From: Utricularia gibba
Lineage: Eukaryota > Plantae > Magnoliophyta
Length of the DNA: 64,000 bases
Direction: 5' to 3'
Assembly (NCBI GenBank): GCA_002189035.1
Contig: NEEC01000018.1
Location: 2,108,001 to 2,172,000 of the forward strand
Part shown: piece after piece, positions 1 through 16,200 of the stretch
Position numbering within the stretch: the first letter of the stretch is position 1
Layout: each line of letters begins with the position of its first letter
Position numbers and translations under genes: made by a program
Notes under the pieces: generated by a model
What the model was told of the DNA's origin: nothing
Databases searched by the model: none
Seen by the model: only the letters and a program-made list of their open reading frames with translations

Positions 1-1690
1 CGTTTAGAACCGATTGGATTGGTGCATGAAAATCCAATCGTTCGATGGAGTTTGCAGCTAAATATTGCCTCTAAATAAAACCAAATATTTTTTTAGTTAT
101 TAAAAAATAATAAAACCAAAATGTTACCAAAGTCGTTGGTGGAATTACATGAATATATTGGGTGTGTTCAAAATTGGAGGAGTCGTGGCTGGTGCAAACA
201 CGCTATGCGGAAGAAAGCGTGCTTTTGCTTTAACCCAAAACAAAGAGAAAAAGCACGCTTCCTTTCTATTTTTTGGGTGACTCATGCCTCAATTCACAAA
301 GGCATCCATCACATAATGCCGTTCATTATTCTAAAGAAAAAAGATTAAAATGTTTTTAAATGCAAATTTATTTACTTCTTCCCAATAAATACAAGAAAAC
401 AAATATATTTGTTGAATAATTTTATTAAATATTTTTTAAAAAATTATGTAAACTAAGTGGTGAGGAGGAGACATGCCATGAGGTGGCTGGACACGCAGAC
501 TAAAAGCCGCTCCCTTAGGTTAGGGGATCCGCCATCCATTTGCTCGTGTCGTCCCACTTAGGGGTTTGTGCCACTAACAAATTTCAATCATGGTGTCCTA
601 AAAGACACCTTTAATGATTCGAATCTTTGTCCACATGATTTTTTTTTTGTAATTAGAAATATTTGGAAAATCGATTTGGGCGTAAAAAATAGGTTTAAGT
701 TGGTGAACAGTGTTTGAAAGTAGAGGGATGAGGTGGGATTCCATTCATGTCACTTGGAGGAGCGATCATGTCTTGCTGCTCATCTTTAGGGCTCATGGGA
801 TAAGGGTTTTGGGGGTAGGATCATAAAGAAGAAAAGAAGCACACTAAGTGCAATCTATGCCTGGACCAAACCCTAAGGATGTGTTTTGTATATATGAGTT
901 TTTGTTAAATGAAAACTTCGTATAATGTATTTCATAGCAAATTTTGATATAAATCCGTAATTTCTAAGTTATGTGGATTTTATTTCAAACCCATCATATG
1001 ATTTAATTATCTTTTTTACTCCTTATTTCCTATATACTAAACATAGTAAATTCTAAACTAAATATATCGAATATACAAAGTAAATCTAACCTAATTATTT
1101 CCTATTCAAATTAACAAATAATGTCTAAATGTGTGTATGTGTCATGATTGATGCTCGCTTTATATGATATTATTTGTTTCAAGTATTTAATTCTTATAGT
1201 TTTATTTTCTGTACGTTTAGAAAAAATGTCTCATACCAATGTTTCAGGATAACTCTATTTAAACAATTTTTATCCCTCTATATGAGGAGACTAGTCATAA
1301 TATTTCATATTGATTACAAACATGAAAGATGATATATTTAAATAGATGAATCATTTTAATCTTGTAAATGATCTTTTTTTCTGAAAAGTAATAATGTAAA
1401 AGCATGAGAATTGAATGATCAAAACAGAAAATATCATACAAAATGAACATAGATAGTGACAGTATATGAGTTGGATTTATGTAGATTACTTCAGCTACCA
1501 CTCCAACAAATGTCACTATCCATGTTGACCATGATGTGAGTTTTAACCATTCAATTTTACATTTATATGTGATGTGTTGGATAAGGGGTTAAATGATTCC
1601 GAAATAGCTTTGCATTGGTCAATGTCCATAGCTTTTGATTGGCATGAGGTGTGCAGCACTATCACTTGGACTGCATCTTCAAATCATGCC

Positions 1691-1697
1691 TATAAAT
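1691..1697 (+). promoter_or_regulatory. TATA box of the UMAMIT gene
   Basis: TATAAAT 43 nt upstream of the ATG at 1734. Confidence 0.5.
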
Positions 1698-1733
1698 GGT
1701 CACTGCAATCCCTGCTATCGTTGCAAGAAAACA

Positions 1734-3266
1734 ATGGGGATATGGGAGAAGGCCAAGCCTTTTCTTGCCATGATACTTCTTCAGTTCGGCTTTGCCGGGA
1801 TGCACGTCGTCGTCCTCCTTTCCTTCAAGAAAGGGTTCAGCCATTGGGTCTTCGTCGTGTATCGCCACGCCCTTGCGACCTTGGTTTTCGCCCCTTTGCT
1901 TATTTTCTTGAGAAGTATGTATGATCATTATCTTCACAGTGAAGCGGTGATGGATGTTTGATTTTCACCCTTCACCCTTTTCTGTTCTTAGGAAAATAAG
2001 GCCTAAGATGACCAAATGGACCTTCTTCAAGATCATGGGACTTGCTCTGTTGGAGTAACGACCTTTCTGCAATCAACCCTTTGCATGGTGATGTTTTCTC
2101 GTGTTTCTAATCAAGTTTGCATTGCTTCAGGCCTGTTCTCGATCAGAATCTATATAGCGTCGCGATACAGTATACATCGGCGGCGTTTGCGGCCGCCACC
2201 GTTAACGTCTTGCCGGCCATAACCTTTATCATGGCTGTAATCTTCAGGTATACCAGTGGTTTTGTTGTTTTATGTTAAGCTATAAAAGGGAAACAATTGA
2301 GTCATACGTGTGTTTCTCAGGATGGAGAAGGTAAATCTGAAAGTGATGCATAGTTTGGCGAAGGTGATCGGTACGGCGGTAACGGTCTGCGGCGCAATGG
2401 TGATGACACTCTACAAGGGGCCATTTATTAACATCCTCCCTAGCAGTCACCAGGCCGCGGAGCACGCGGCCACCGCTTCGGCCGGCCATCATTGGGCCGT
2501 CGGAACGATCATGATGCTCGCCGGAGTCGCTTGCTGGGCTGCCTTTTTCATTCTCCAAGTAACGCTCAAAAATCTCTGAACAAACTGCACATGATGATGA
2601 TGATGAGCATCCTTCGACTTACGTGGTGCGAAATTTGGAACAGAAAAACACGTTGAAGGATTATCCGGCGGAGTTGTCATTGACGGCGCTTGTGTGCTTC
2701 ATGGGAACGATGGAAGGCGGCGCGGTGGCGCTGGTGATGGAGCGGCGGTTGAGCGCGTGGCTCATCGGCTTCGATACAAGACTCCTTGCCGCCACTTATT
2801 CAGTACGACGACGTTTCCTTTTTTCATTCATAATTATACCATTTATTTAATTACACCTCTTAACCCCATAACACAACTCAATGGTTGCCTTTCAGGGGAT
2901 CATTTGCTCCGGCATCGCATTCTACCTGCAAGGCATCGTGAACAAGAGCCGGGGGCCGGTCTTCGTGACGGCGTTCAGCCCGTTAAGCATGATCATCACC
3001 GCCGTCCTGGGCGCAATAGTCTTAGCAGAGCAAGTTTACCTCGGAAGGTACTACCAGCAATTCAAAGGGTTTTCACGCAGCTTAAAAAACCTTAACACGC
3101 TCGTTAAATGGCTGGCTGCAGCTTGATCGGAGCTGCGATCATCGTTCTGGGATTGTATTCGGTGGTCTGGGGGAAGAGCAAAGAGATCTCGGAGAGGGAA
3201 AACGAGAAGCTGCCGGTTGTGGTGGACAAGAACACGAACACGAACACGATCAGGGATGGGACTTGA
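1734..3266 (+). CDS. WAT1-related / UMAMIT (MtN21, EamA-like) amino-acid or auxin transporter, 7 exons
   Basis: MGIWEKAKPFLAMILLQFGFAG, FVVYRHALAT, LPAITFIMAVIFRMEKV, AKVIGTAVTVCGAMVMTLYKGP, GPVFVTAFSPLSMII, GLYSVVWGK; GT-AG introns join in phase; stop TGA 3264-3266. Confidence 0.95.
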
Positions 3267-3687
3267 GTTCGCAAATGAGCTCTGCAACACAACTGGATGC
3301 TACTTGAGCATCTCCTGACGTTTTAATTGAGTGCTGTTGTCGTGTTTCCTCCTGATGCGACTACTCAGTGTAATCTAATCAATTGAGAGCAGGCATTGCC
3401 CATCCATGGCTGCCCAGTTCTGTAGACTTTTGCATGCAAACTACGACGTCGTTTGAGTTTCTAATTTAAACATTATTATTATTATTTGTGTGGTGGGGTC
3501 GGGTAAGAGAATTACACCCGCTTTCGTTATCCAGGGCGGGATATGACCCGACCCGTGTTCGTAGCACCGCCTTGGCTACGTGATTCGAGATCATTGTAGG
3601 GAGGTTTTTCTTCTTTGGCATCTGTTGACAGCAGAAGAAACGGATGTTCTAGAGGGGAGGGTTGGGGTTTTCTGCTGTTACGGTGAG

Positions 3688-4014
3688 ATGTTCCTCTTCT
3701 TCGTTGGAGGATTAGAGCAGCAGGCGACTCAGGTGTTGAAGAGCGGAATCGGAAGGTGTGTTGCGTGCGGGTCTGCGGCGGATCTCGTGGAATACGAAAA
3801 GGTACTGAAGCTTTTCTTCGTCCCCGTTTGGCGGTGGCCGGGGAAGCAGCCGATGTTGCGTTGTCAGGACTGCAATCTTTTATTCCCACAGTCAATTTCC
3901 GCTTCTCCGCCGACGGATAGAGATGCTTTGGGGACGAATTTGAGGTGCCACTACTGTGCTCGGAATGTGGATCCATCTTTCAGGTTCTGCCCCTTTTGCG
4001 GATCAACTCTTTGA
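3688..4014 (+). CDS. Small single-exon zinc-ribbon protein (zinc_ribbon_15-like), 108 aa
   Basis: MFLFFVGGLEQQ, CxxC pairs CVACG, CQDC, CHYC and CPFCG, plus LKLFFVPVWRW. Confidence 0.85.
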   Translation: MFLFFVGGLEQQATQVLKSGIGRCVACGSAADLVEYEKVLKLFFVPVWRWPGKQPMLRCQDCNLLFPQSISASPPTDRDALGTNLRCHYCARNVDPSFRFCPFCGSTL

Positions 4015-4861
4015 TTTTCTGAAGGCTTGAGGGGTTCTTGTTATAACCAGTCAGTGCTTATCAATGAGTTAGTATACGCATGAACTTTTCTGTGTATCAA
4101 GAAATATTGGTGCGTGATGAAGTAAAGTTTTCCCATAAGTGAATTCAGTGAGCTCAATTGAATCGTTTTGCCGTGAAAAGACGCAAAGGAGAGATTTCTG
4201 ATGGAGGAGGATTAATGCATCATCTTTATTAAAAGCTTGCTTGCTCACAACAGGGATCGCCCGGTATCCTGATCTTGACATCCATCAATCCTGTTGGTGG
4301 TCACTATCCTTTTGATCACAATCATTTGATGATTCAACATATAGTGATTGAAACACCCATAAGAAATGTTACAACTTGCTGAATGAGCCTGTACTTTTAT
4401 GGTATGTCTGCAGATTCCATCTTTTTTTCCCATGTCATACCAGTTTTACATGAACACACTTTCTTTTGCATGCCCATGCTCCTACCAAATGTGAATCGGA
4501 GACTTAAGTTTAGCATTAAATACACCCACTATTTTATGATATGTACCTTCACAACCTGCAGTGCATTCAGCAATTTCAGTTCCGATGCATACAGGTTTTG
4601 CTGATTGACACTCTGATCTTCTGAAGAGACGGTTTGAATGCATTAATAACTTTTATTTACTCTCCAACAACCCTCTCTGTCTCCTCCATATAACCATTGT
4701 TCGTGGAGACGATGGGTCATTTCCAACGACTCACACAACTCCTCCAAATGTAACCTCCTCATGATTCCTTCCTTGTTCCTTTACAGGTTGCCTGTTTCTC
4801 TTTGTTTACTGTGTTTCAGCATCCCCATACTCCCTGCTTGCAGAAAGTCGGCGATTGAAGT

Positions 4862-5408
4862 ATGTCGAGACAGGGAAACAGCAAAAGGCCAGCTGATGAT
4901 GCATTGACCCGCATCTTGATCCGAGTCAAAGATCAGGTCTGATCACCTTCCCCTTTCATTCCATGAGTTCCCACCGTTCTCTAACTCTTCCTTTGCACTA
5001 TTCATTTCTGCATAGTGCAATCGTATGATGATATCTAAGAATATTAGTTTTATAGCGTGGGGGTGAAGTGGTGTTCAAGATCAAGAGAATGACTCCACTC
5101 AAACACCTGATGGATACCTATTGTGACCGCCATTCTGTGGCTAAGGGAACCTACGTTTTCTTGCATGAGGAGCGTTTCATCAGAGGCAGGGACTCCCCAT
5201 ATGATGTACACCCCTACTACTACGCCTTTTTCATTCACATGATCGAAAAAACTCTAGTAATCTAATGCTGGTTTTCACTCCTCCTCAGCTGGGACTCGAA
5301 GATGGAGATGTGCTCGAGGCAATGACCCATCAAATGGGTGGGAGCAACACCCTCAATCCTCCTCCCCTTCACAAGATATCAGGCTTGCTGTGTGACAATG
5401 TATCTTAA
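4862..5408 (+). CDS. Divergent SUMO-like protein, 114 aa precursor; exons 4862-4936, 5056-5205, 5289-5408
   Basis: Spliced product MSRQGNSKRPADDALTRILIRVKDQ/RGGEVVFKIKRMTPLKHLMDTYCDR...SPYD/LGLEDGDVLEAMTHQMGG plus 21 aa tail; two phase-0 GT-AG introns. Confidence 0.85.
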
Positions 5409-6671
5409 GTGGTTACTGTGGTTTCTAGTTGAAAAATGAACAAGGCACAAACTTCAACAATCTCCTTCACGCAGCTTCCTCTGCTGATTCGACCCTCTCT
5501 TTGTACGCATGCTGGGCTCCAAATCGAAAACGGGCTTTTGGGCCCTGAAATTTGTAAAAATGGGGCCTGCAAACTTCTGAAATTAGGGCCCTAGAGCGGC
5601 AATATAATTTTGCAAAAGGGGACCTGGATTATGCTAAAATCAGGAATGTAGTAGCATAACTATGGGTTTATTATTTTTCAGTGCCTTACTATTTACTAAT
5701 TATTTGAGCATGGCGACCAGAGATCCGAATCTGCTGCGCTACAGTGGCAACATTCTTGTTGTCGGCCTCGAATCATGTCTCATGATGGGGTAAACACATG
5801 GCAGACAACAAAACGTGGGGTCCAAATGATATTTCCAAAAGTTCCAAACACGTCCTGGGAAAAGGTGCGAGAATCAACTTTACTTGATTACAGTCAAGCC
5901 CTCCCGCCCAATCCAAATCCCAAAACGGCCCCACAGATATTTGCTCGTGGGTCCTCCAACTCTCGAAAACTCGCATCCATGAGGCGCCTGAACATTTTTT
6001 TGTGGTGGGAATATATTAATTAAATTCGATTTAATTAATTACCTTATTTTTGAAAAAAAAAAACAAAAAGAACATGGAAAGGTAAGAAAAGAATTCAGGC
6101 TTTCAAAGTAATTACCGTCTTTTGAGTGTGTGTGTTTTGTGGTGGTGCGGTAACTATTTATAGCTAATATTGGGCCCAGTAGCAGAGGCTTTCCTATTTT
6201 GGAACACTCGGGGGGAGATAATTCCTTCGTAGTGTGATTACTAATTATGCACCTACGGACGTGTCCTGTCCGGTTGATTCACACAACATGCGTTTATTGC
6301 TTATCATTAGAGACGTTAATGTCATGATTATTGCTAATGCAATTTCTTTAATAATTGCATATTATTACGGATAATATTTTTTAAAATGTAGAAAATAAAA
6401 AATGATCCTGGTAAATAAATTGATATTTTATAAATAAGGTATTCCTTCGACATTTTCTTCGAAATAATGATGAATTTCGGCGATTTGCAATTAAGAAGAT
6501 TTTGTGGTTGGAAAAGGTAAGGGATGGCGTGGAAAAAGAATCCAACGTCTAAAGAGGACAGCAATCTGCCCGTGATAGTCACATACAGTACAAATCCACG
6601 GCACGTACTCCAGGAGGCGGATTTTTCCAACCGCAACTCTTCCTCCTCGCGTGCTCCGCCGCCAGATTATC

Positions 6672-7672
6672 ATGGATTCCTTTCCAGGAGATCGGAATTC
6701 GGAGCGAGAACAGCAGCATTTTCATGTTTTGGCGGTCGACGATAGCCTAATCGACAGGAAACTACTTGAGAGGCTTCTCACGGTTTCTTCCTACCAAGGT
6801 TTCGCGGATTCTTTTTTTCGTTTTCGTTTGTTGATAGGTTTTCGAGATTGAATGTGCTGCAGTTGGAGAGTTGTGAATTTTGTTTCGGATTGCGCAGTTA
6901 CGTTTGTGGAGTCTGGAGATAAGGCACTTGAGTATTTAGGACTCGTAGACGTGGAGGAGAACGGGGATTGTTCTACGATTTCCGAATCTGCGGTGCGAAT
7001 TCTGGGTCTCAATTGCGAAATTGAGACGCATTGATTAATCTTGAGTCAAATGCTGCAGGTTTCGGAGATTAATCTGATCATCACCGATTACAGCATGCCG
7101 GGAATCAGCGGTTACGATTTGCTCAAAAGGATTAAGGTCAGTCGTGAGATCATCGCCGCCAAGTTTCAATGTATCCCTACTATTTGATTTCTTGAACTTG
7201 GCTGCTTTACTGGTTCGCAGCAGGACTCCTCTTGGAAGCACATCCCAGTGGTGGTGATGTCCTCCGAAAATGAGCCATCAAGAGTTACCATGTACGGATC
7301 CCTTACTCCCTTTTCTTTTTAGTCACTTTTTGTTTCCCACGGGACCTGAACCGTGCGTGCCTCCACAAAGGGGAGCATCACCGGCCCAAGGAAGCCCATT
7401 ATCTTTTTATCAAAATGGGCCGGGCCGGGCCGCAACACCTGCCTTTCTGAGTTTTGAATGGCAGGTGCTTGGAAGGGGGAGCCGAAGAATTTCTGGTGAA
7501 ACCCGTGAAATTATCCGACCTGAGGAAGCTTCATTCTCAGTTACAGAGCTCCATGGGGGACAAATCCTCACAGGAACGAGTAATGGGGAACAAGAGGAAA
7601 TCAGTATCGGGATCATCATCTGACGCTTCAGGGAGAAGGAAATCCCAGTGCACAAGGCTCAATTCACCTTGA
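6672..7672 (+). CDS. Type-A cytokinin response regulator (ARR-like), 5 exons
   Basis: [61 protein letters not shown] (D-D-K receiver triad); no Myb output domain; exon phases consistent. Confidence 0.93.
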
Positions 7673-8873
7673 ACCTCAAGGATAACTGCAACATCCTCAA
7701 CCATCTTCATCACCACCATGAACCAAGAAGCTAGTACCTTACCAAAGTCCCTGCACATTAGAACTGCCACATGGGCTTGGTACTGCGCCCGGTTGGGCTT
7801 TGTGCACGCACCAGCCTGGCCTCAATGGACTCTATATTTACCCAGCTTTACCCATGTTCAAGCGCCCCTCTCTTATCCAATTCTGCTTTTCTTTTTCTAC
7901 TCAGTGCAGCACAATGGATCGGGTGATTTAGAAAACACCATCGTTATTGTTTACTTTGTTGCCCTGTGTGATACAGAAAGGAGACCCCACAATAAGGACA
8001 GGGTTCGGCAAGCCATCGTGGTCTCCTCCAATAAACGAGGTCGAATAATCCCCTCCATGATGCATACCAGACTTGCGCCTGCTCCTTCAGGTACGTCACT
8101 GTGATTGTGATCCCCTAACCGATCTTCTAACCATTAAAGTGCCTGAATTCGTTGGCCATCACTACCTCAACCGAAAAAATTGCTCATCTTTAGTATAACT
8201 TCAGACTTATCGAAAATTATTTTATTTTAAAACTGTTTAAATATAATTTGAGATTCTACATTTTTTTTTTCAAATGCGAATTATTTTTTAAAATTTTTGA
8301 ATCTTTTGATATTTAAATTATTTTTATTTAGTAACGAAAATACTTCTAAAAAACAATAGGTACTTGAAACGTTAGGTTTCATAATTTGTGAGTCTGAAAT
8401 ATATAATATGGATGTTATTCTTTGTTACTGAGTTTCATCCATTTCATGTAGCAGCCCTTTGAAAGTTATGTCGTTTAATTCTTATTATTAATATTTAATT
8501 TAAATATTTAAATGGGGAAAAAATTAATGATGGCGTTCATAATTGAGACTCTGCGCAGCCATGCGTTTGTCGGTAGTTACGTAAGAAGGTCTGCAATGTG
8601 CAACGGAGGGTTTTCATGGTCCGAGTTGAACTGAATAATGTGTGATTAATATATCATGGTATTATTGATAAAATTTAAATATTATAAATAAATTGTCCAG
8701 TCCAAAAAAGAGAGCAGCGTTGGGTCGTTGGGCAGTGGAAAATGGTGAGAATTTTTTTTATTTATAAAAGCGAAGCGAGGATGTTCTGAGGACTACTGAG
8801 CAGGTCAGGGAGTACGAAGAATCTGCGGCCAGTGCTGCCATTGTGGTTCTGACTCGCGGTTGGTTTGTAGCCG

Positions 8874-11549
<2,676 letters not shown>

Positions 11550-11554
11550 ATGGT

Positions 11555-11574
11555 GGGGGGGGGGGGGGGGGGGG
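11555..11574. repeat. G20 homopolymer in the ALDH3 3' UTR
   Basis: 20 consecutive G beginning 6 nt after the stop codon. Confidence 0.85.
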
Positions 11575-11856
11575 AACCAGATTGCTTGTAATGTTATCCA
11601 AGACTTGGAAAATTTCCTGTATTCAAAATATGTGGTATCAACAAGACAGAGGTTACTTACTACAAAATAGCCACCATGCCAAAGTCGATTGAGCCACTGC
11701 ATCAATTTTGAGACCTTCCACTTGGCTGAAAAGCGGGATCAGCATTTCCTTTCCATTCCTCAGATGGCAAAACGGCAAGGTTTTCAAATCCAGAATGTGC
11801 CTGAAAAACATCCATACGCTCTGCCATTTTCTTTTTCAGAATGCGATCTGAAGATG

Positions 11857-14800
11857 CTAGTTCTGCACCTGACTTATCTTGTCCATGCTTACGCTGGTAG
11901 AAGAGGCCGCAGGTGGATGAGAACGGAAAAGTGAAACAACAGGATTACCGGTGAAGGTAAAACTGGGGTCTTCAGAATCTACGACCATATCCTTAGGAGT
12001 CTGTGTTAAGATAGGTGTAGGTGGATCTTCTTTTGGAGGTGGTGATCTTCTCTTCCTAGTTTTCTCCCCATGCTGTGCATCAAGGGAGTACACTCATTTC
12101 ATACACAAAAAGCAGATGGCATTTGGAAATGCAAAAATAACAGAACAAGCTGATTCGGGTATGCTGGCAATAATGACTACTTGGACCCCAATAAACATCC
12201 TAGCTGAATGACACGTATGTCATTTATACCTTAACCAGGCTGTTTGGGCCCCTTCTTTCTTTTGCTCTGCGTATGGCACGTTTGATTCCATCTGTATCCA
12301 TGAAACCACTGGGCCAAAACAGCACGAGCTGCATTAGGGAAACTTCCGTTATTTCAACATTGTTTAATTCAACTCAGAAACATGACACAGCTGGGGTTCA
12401 GTCAGTTATCTTTGGAAATAATGATATAGAAAGAATTCACTAGAGGGTTCACCATGCTCTGAAGATCCGTCACATTGTAACAGCACACAGTCAAACCAGT
12501 TAGAGCTTGTGGTATTGAAAACCGTATCAGACCATCAATTTCAAATTATAAATTTTCCAAACAATCCAATGGTTCATACTCGATTCACACTCATCTGCAT
12601 TAACTTGTAGCATGGTACATTCTAAAATTTCCAGTACACTAGCAAGTTTAAAAGGGCATCAATGACTCAAGTACCTCTTGGTACAGCCTCTTAACTGGTG
12701 GACGTGGATCTTCTTCTGGGCCCTGAAGGAAATTCCCTTTGTATAATGCTAAAAACAACTTTATAAAGTCTACTCTCATTTCATACATCATTTCACTCTC
12801 CTCTCCTTCTAGAAGGGAATGATCTTCATTTGAGATATGCTAGACAATTTAGACACATACCTCTACATAAAGGTCATACAACTCACAGATTTTATCTTCC
12901 AGTACTTCCTCCATACGACATTTCTCTTTCATACCATCTCTGTCGTCAACATAATGACCATAAATGCCATCTGAACTTGCAGCACGCTGATCAAACTGCA
13001 AAGTTAGCCCAAATATCAAATGTTAAAAGACTAAAAAAGTTCATTAGGAAGGGGGCCCAGATGAAATGAACAACAACATGTAAATTATTGAAGAGACTAC
13101 ATAGTCAAGTCTGACGATAGAAAAAGCCAAACCCGATCCTTGACCATTTCTGCAACTTCTTGCTTTACTCTCTGTATTTGGCTATCCTTCTCTTGCTTTG
13201 AAGAAAATCCAGTCTTTGCCATCACTCTGAGATTCCTCTGCCATAAGAGCAGGCATTTCCAATTTGTTAAAGGCACTTGATAAAAAAGCCATCCTTGGAT
13301 GCTAAATAAGTTGAAGTAAAGAAGTTAGAGTACCTTCAGTGTCCTGACTTGCATTAAGTGTCCAACAACGCTCATTAGACGATTTACCACATCCTTGGGT
13401 ATTAATCCAAACACACTTTGCTGCTACCACGAGAATGAGAGTGAGAATTTTTCATGGAGAAATGTTACTGCGATATAATTAAATGGAAAGGCAGTATATT
13501 AATACCACTAATCTAGCAACTTTAGCCAACTTCAGCTTTAGTTCAGGAGTCAATCTCTTTTTGACCGCATGAGATGAATTATCAGGTACTTCTGTTGAAG
13601 GTGGTCTAGCTTTTATCCAGAAACAAATAGCAGTAATAAGTTTCCGAGACATTCAACCAGATAAAACTGTAGGTGCAAAGGAGTTCAGTGAGCTACATTT
13701 GGCCACTGTCTTTTCGAGCTCTTTTATTGCCTTGTCAAGCATCATACTTCTAGGCCTAGCAATAGACCCAGCCCTTCTCTGCAGAGAACATGTATTTTCA
13801 TTATCAGGAATTCTGGTTTCAAGTAAGAAAGAAAGCATCAAATAACAGAAATAAAGCGAATGTTGCATGGTTGAGTTGTACGAAATTACAAATGGACACA
13901 GAGTACAGGCTATGAAGAATAAAATTATGACAAATGCTTGTGTAGCCTAAATGTCTTATGCATGCCCCAGCATTGAGAATATTAAAATGGAACACTTAGC
14001 AATGGGAAATCACACCTCAAATCCAATGTCACCCAGCCGAGTCTACTGGACTAAACATCATGATGCACATGTATGTGATAATAAGGACAGCTTACACCAA
14101 TGTTTTTATCAATGGATCTCTCGGATGATGCATCCGGAAATCCAATGCCCTCATTCCATTTTTTTGATCTCTGCTGGCTAGGGTCCTTATCCTTCCTGTT
14201 GGCATCAACACCTAATACTCCCATAGGATCCATATTAACAGCTGCACTGCCTATTACCCCCTTCAGTAAAAGTTCAGAATCATGTACAAATTCTTGGCAT
14301 CGTGCAGCGTCTCCACTTACAACTGGAGTAGAGACTCCAAGCGATGTTTCAACTGATAATGAATGCCTTTTAACTTTATCTCCTAAATTTTCTTTATTGT
14401 TTGAAGTATGCCCCTCGTGAACTTTGATCAAATTTTCTCCTCTTCTCTTCTTGAGCTGCTGGTCTCGTACTAATGGTTCACTGCGAGAAAAGTTGAGAGG
14501 ACAATTCAAACAATCAGTAGTCTCCAGGAATAGCAACATGCGAACCTAGTACATACAAGTTCAGCTCAAAAAATGAAAGAAATTTTACGTATGACAGAAA
14601 AACTAACATGCGCTCCAGCTTCCCACGATTAACAAAAAACCCATCATGTTTTATTGCAGAGTTATCGACCTGGAAATAGTCATCCTGCATTAAATTGAAT
14701 ACCCACTTATTAAAAAATTCTGATAAATCTAGACAAATAATAAATAGGAAAAGGAAAACACAGTCAAAATTCATGAGGAGATAAACCTACCAACTCCGCA

Positions 14801-15509
14801 TCATCTATAAAAGAATCATTTGTATCATATTCATCATCATAAGGCACATTATCAAGTGCCTCCTCATCACTACTCCCATCACCCTGAAAAGTTTAACGAA
14901 GAATCAACAGAAATATATGTTTGATCTCCAGACTCTGACATCAAAGTTTCTCAATCTCGGAAAAGGACGAGAGACGTTTCCACTAAAACAAATGGGAAGC
15001 AAACAAGTAATAAGGAAAACTGGCGAGATAAATCTTCAAAAAAAAAAAAAAAACTTAATCCAATCTTGTAAAACCCTTCGATGAAAACGTGTAATCCAAA
15101 AAATATGACATTCCATCAAGAAAAATAAATTTCTCAATCAGAAAAGTCCAATGTAATCTCAGATACCCACCGCATACATTCGCTCAATTCTCTCAATCAC
15201 GCTGCTCAAACGACTCGAGCCTGCCTGTGCTTGCGCATCTTTGGAATCCTTCACCGTCAACAGCTTTGATGGAAGAGGCACCGGTGATTGGGGCTGAGGT
15301 ACACGTATACTCTCACGCGCTGCTTCCATCGGTACATTCACATCCGTCTCACTGGAAACGTTCTCTCTGAGAAGCTTTTTCCATGAAACAACTGTGGTTT
15401 CTCCAAGCAGGAACTCTACACAGAACCGAAGACGGCCACAGGCGGACTCGCATACAGATGCTTGTTTTGATCCGCCACGCCCCGCACATCCACGCAGTTC
15501 ATCAATCAT
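11857..15509 (-). CDS. UBN: Ubinuclein (HIRA histone chaperone subunit; HUN/HPC2 domain), multi-exon
   Basis: GETTVVSWKKLL, SVIERIERMY, YDDEYDTNDSFIDDAEL/DDYFQVDNSAIKHDGFFVNRGKLER, KRLTPELKLKLAKVARL, MDTDGIKRAIRRAKERR; the last exon boundary is less certain. Confidence 0.88.
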
Positions 15510-16200
15510 TCCTTTGCTGAGCCAATATCAGAAACAAATCCTCGAAACTGGAGGAAAAACCTTCTAGTGACCTGATCACCATGACATTGCGAAAAAGGAA
15601 CACAAGGAGGGAGCACCGATCACTTGGCGGTTACTGCAATGCAACGACTTGCACGAGGAACGGCGTGCCAGACCGGCCCAGGCCCACTAACCCCAATCCC
15701 CACGTTGGTTATTTAATCAATATTCGTTCATATTTTTAAAATTTTAAGAGCAAGTCAACTCAAACCATTATTCTAAAATTCAATTCAATGATTTTTATAA
15801 GAAATAAAAAAACTAAAATTTAGATAATTATTTTAATTTTTTATAATGTATTTAATTAAACTCGATTCAAATCCTGAATAGATCATAATAATGTCAAATA
15901 CAGTATGGCTTGCTCAGACTTCTATTTAATTTTCATTTTGGAGTACGCTCCTCCGCGCTACGGTGCACCCCCATAGCGTGAGGACGCCCGTTGATTGGTG
16001 TGACATTTTATTTTAGTTAAACATACCTTTTTTTATTTCCTTGAAGCATTTATTGTCATTCCATTTTTCATGCATCAACAAGCCGTTGCTCCAACTCCTC
16101 CCAGGCTCCAGGATCATCTTCCTGCTCTCATCTTCAGCGTCGGAATCTCCCCAGCTTCAACTTCTGTTGTCCAGTGGTCCCAAGGGGTCCAAACCAGCCA

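Noticed and set aside
11-40. 10-bp inverted repeat CGATTGGATT/AATCCAATCG
   Set aside because: Short, isolated, at the window edge; no associated feature
878-1046. Possible degenerate MITE (TGTGTTTTGTATAT / ATATACTAAACATA)
   Set aside because: Inverted repeats too imperfect and no TSD
7718-8104. 128-aa ORF, and a minus-strand stretch TYLKEQAQVWY resembling retrotransposon gag
   Set aside because: No other retroelement motifs, LTR or PBS; similarity too short to support
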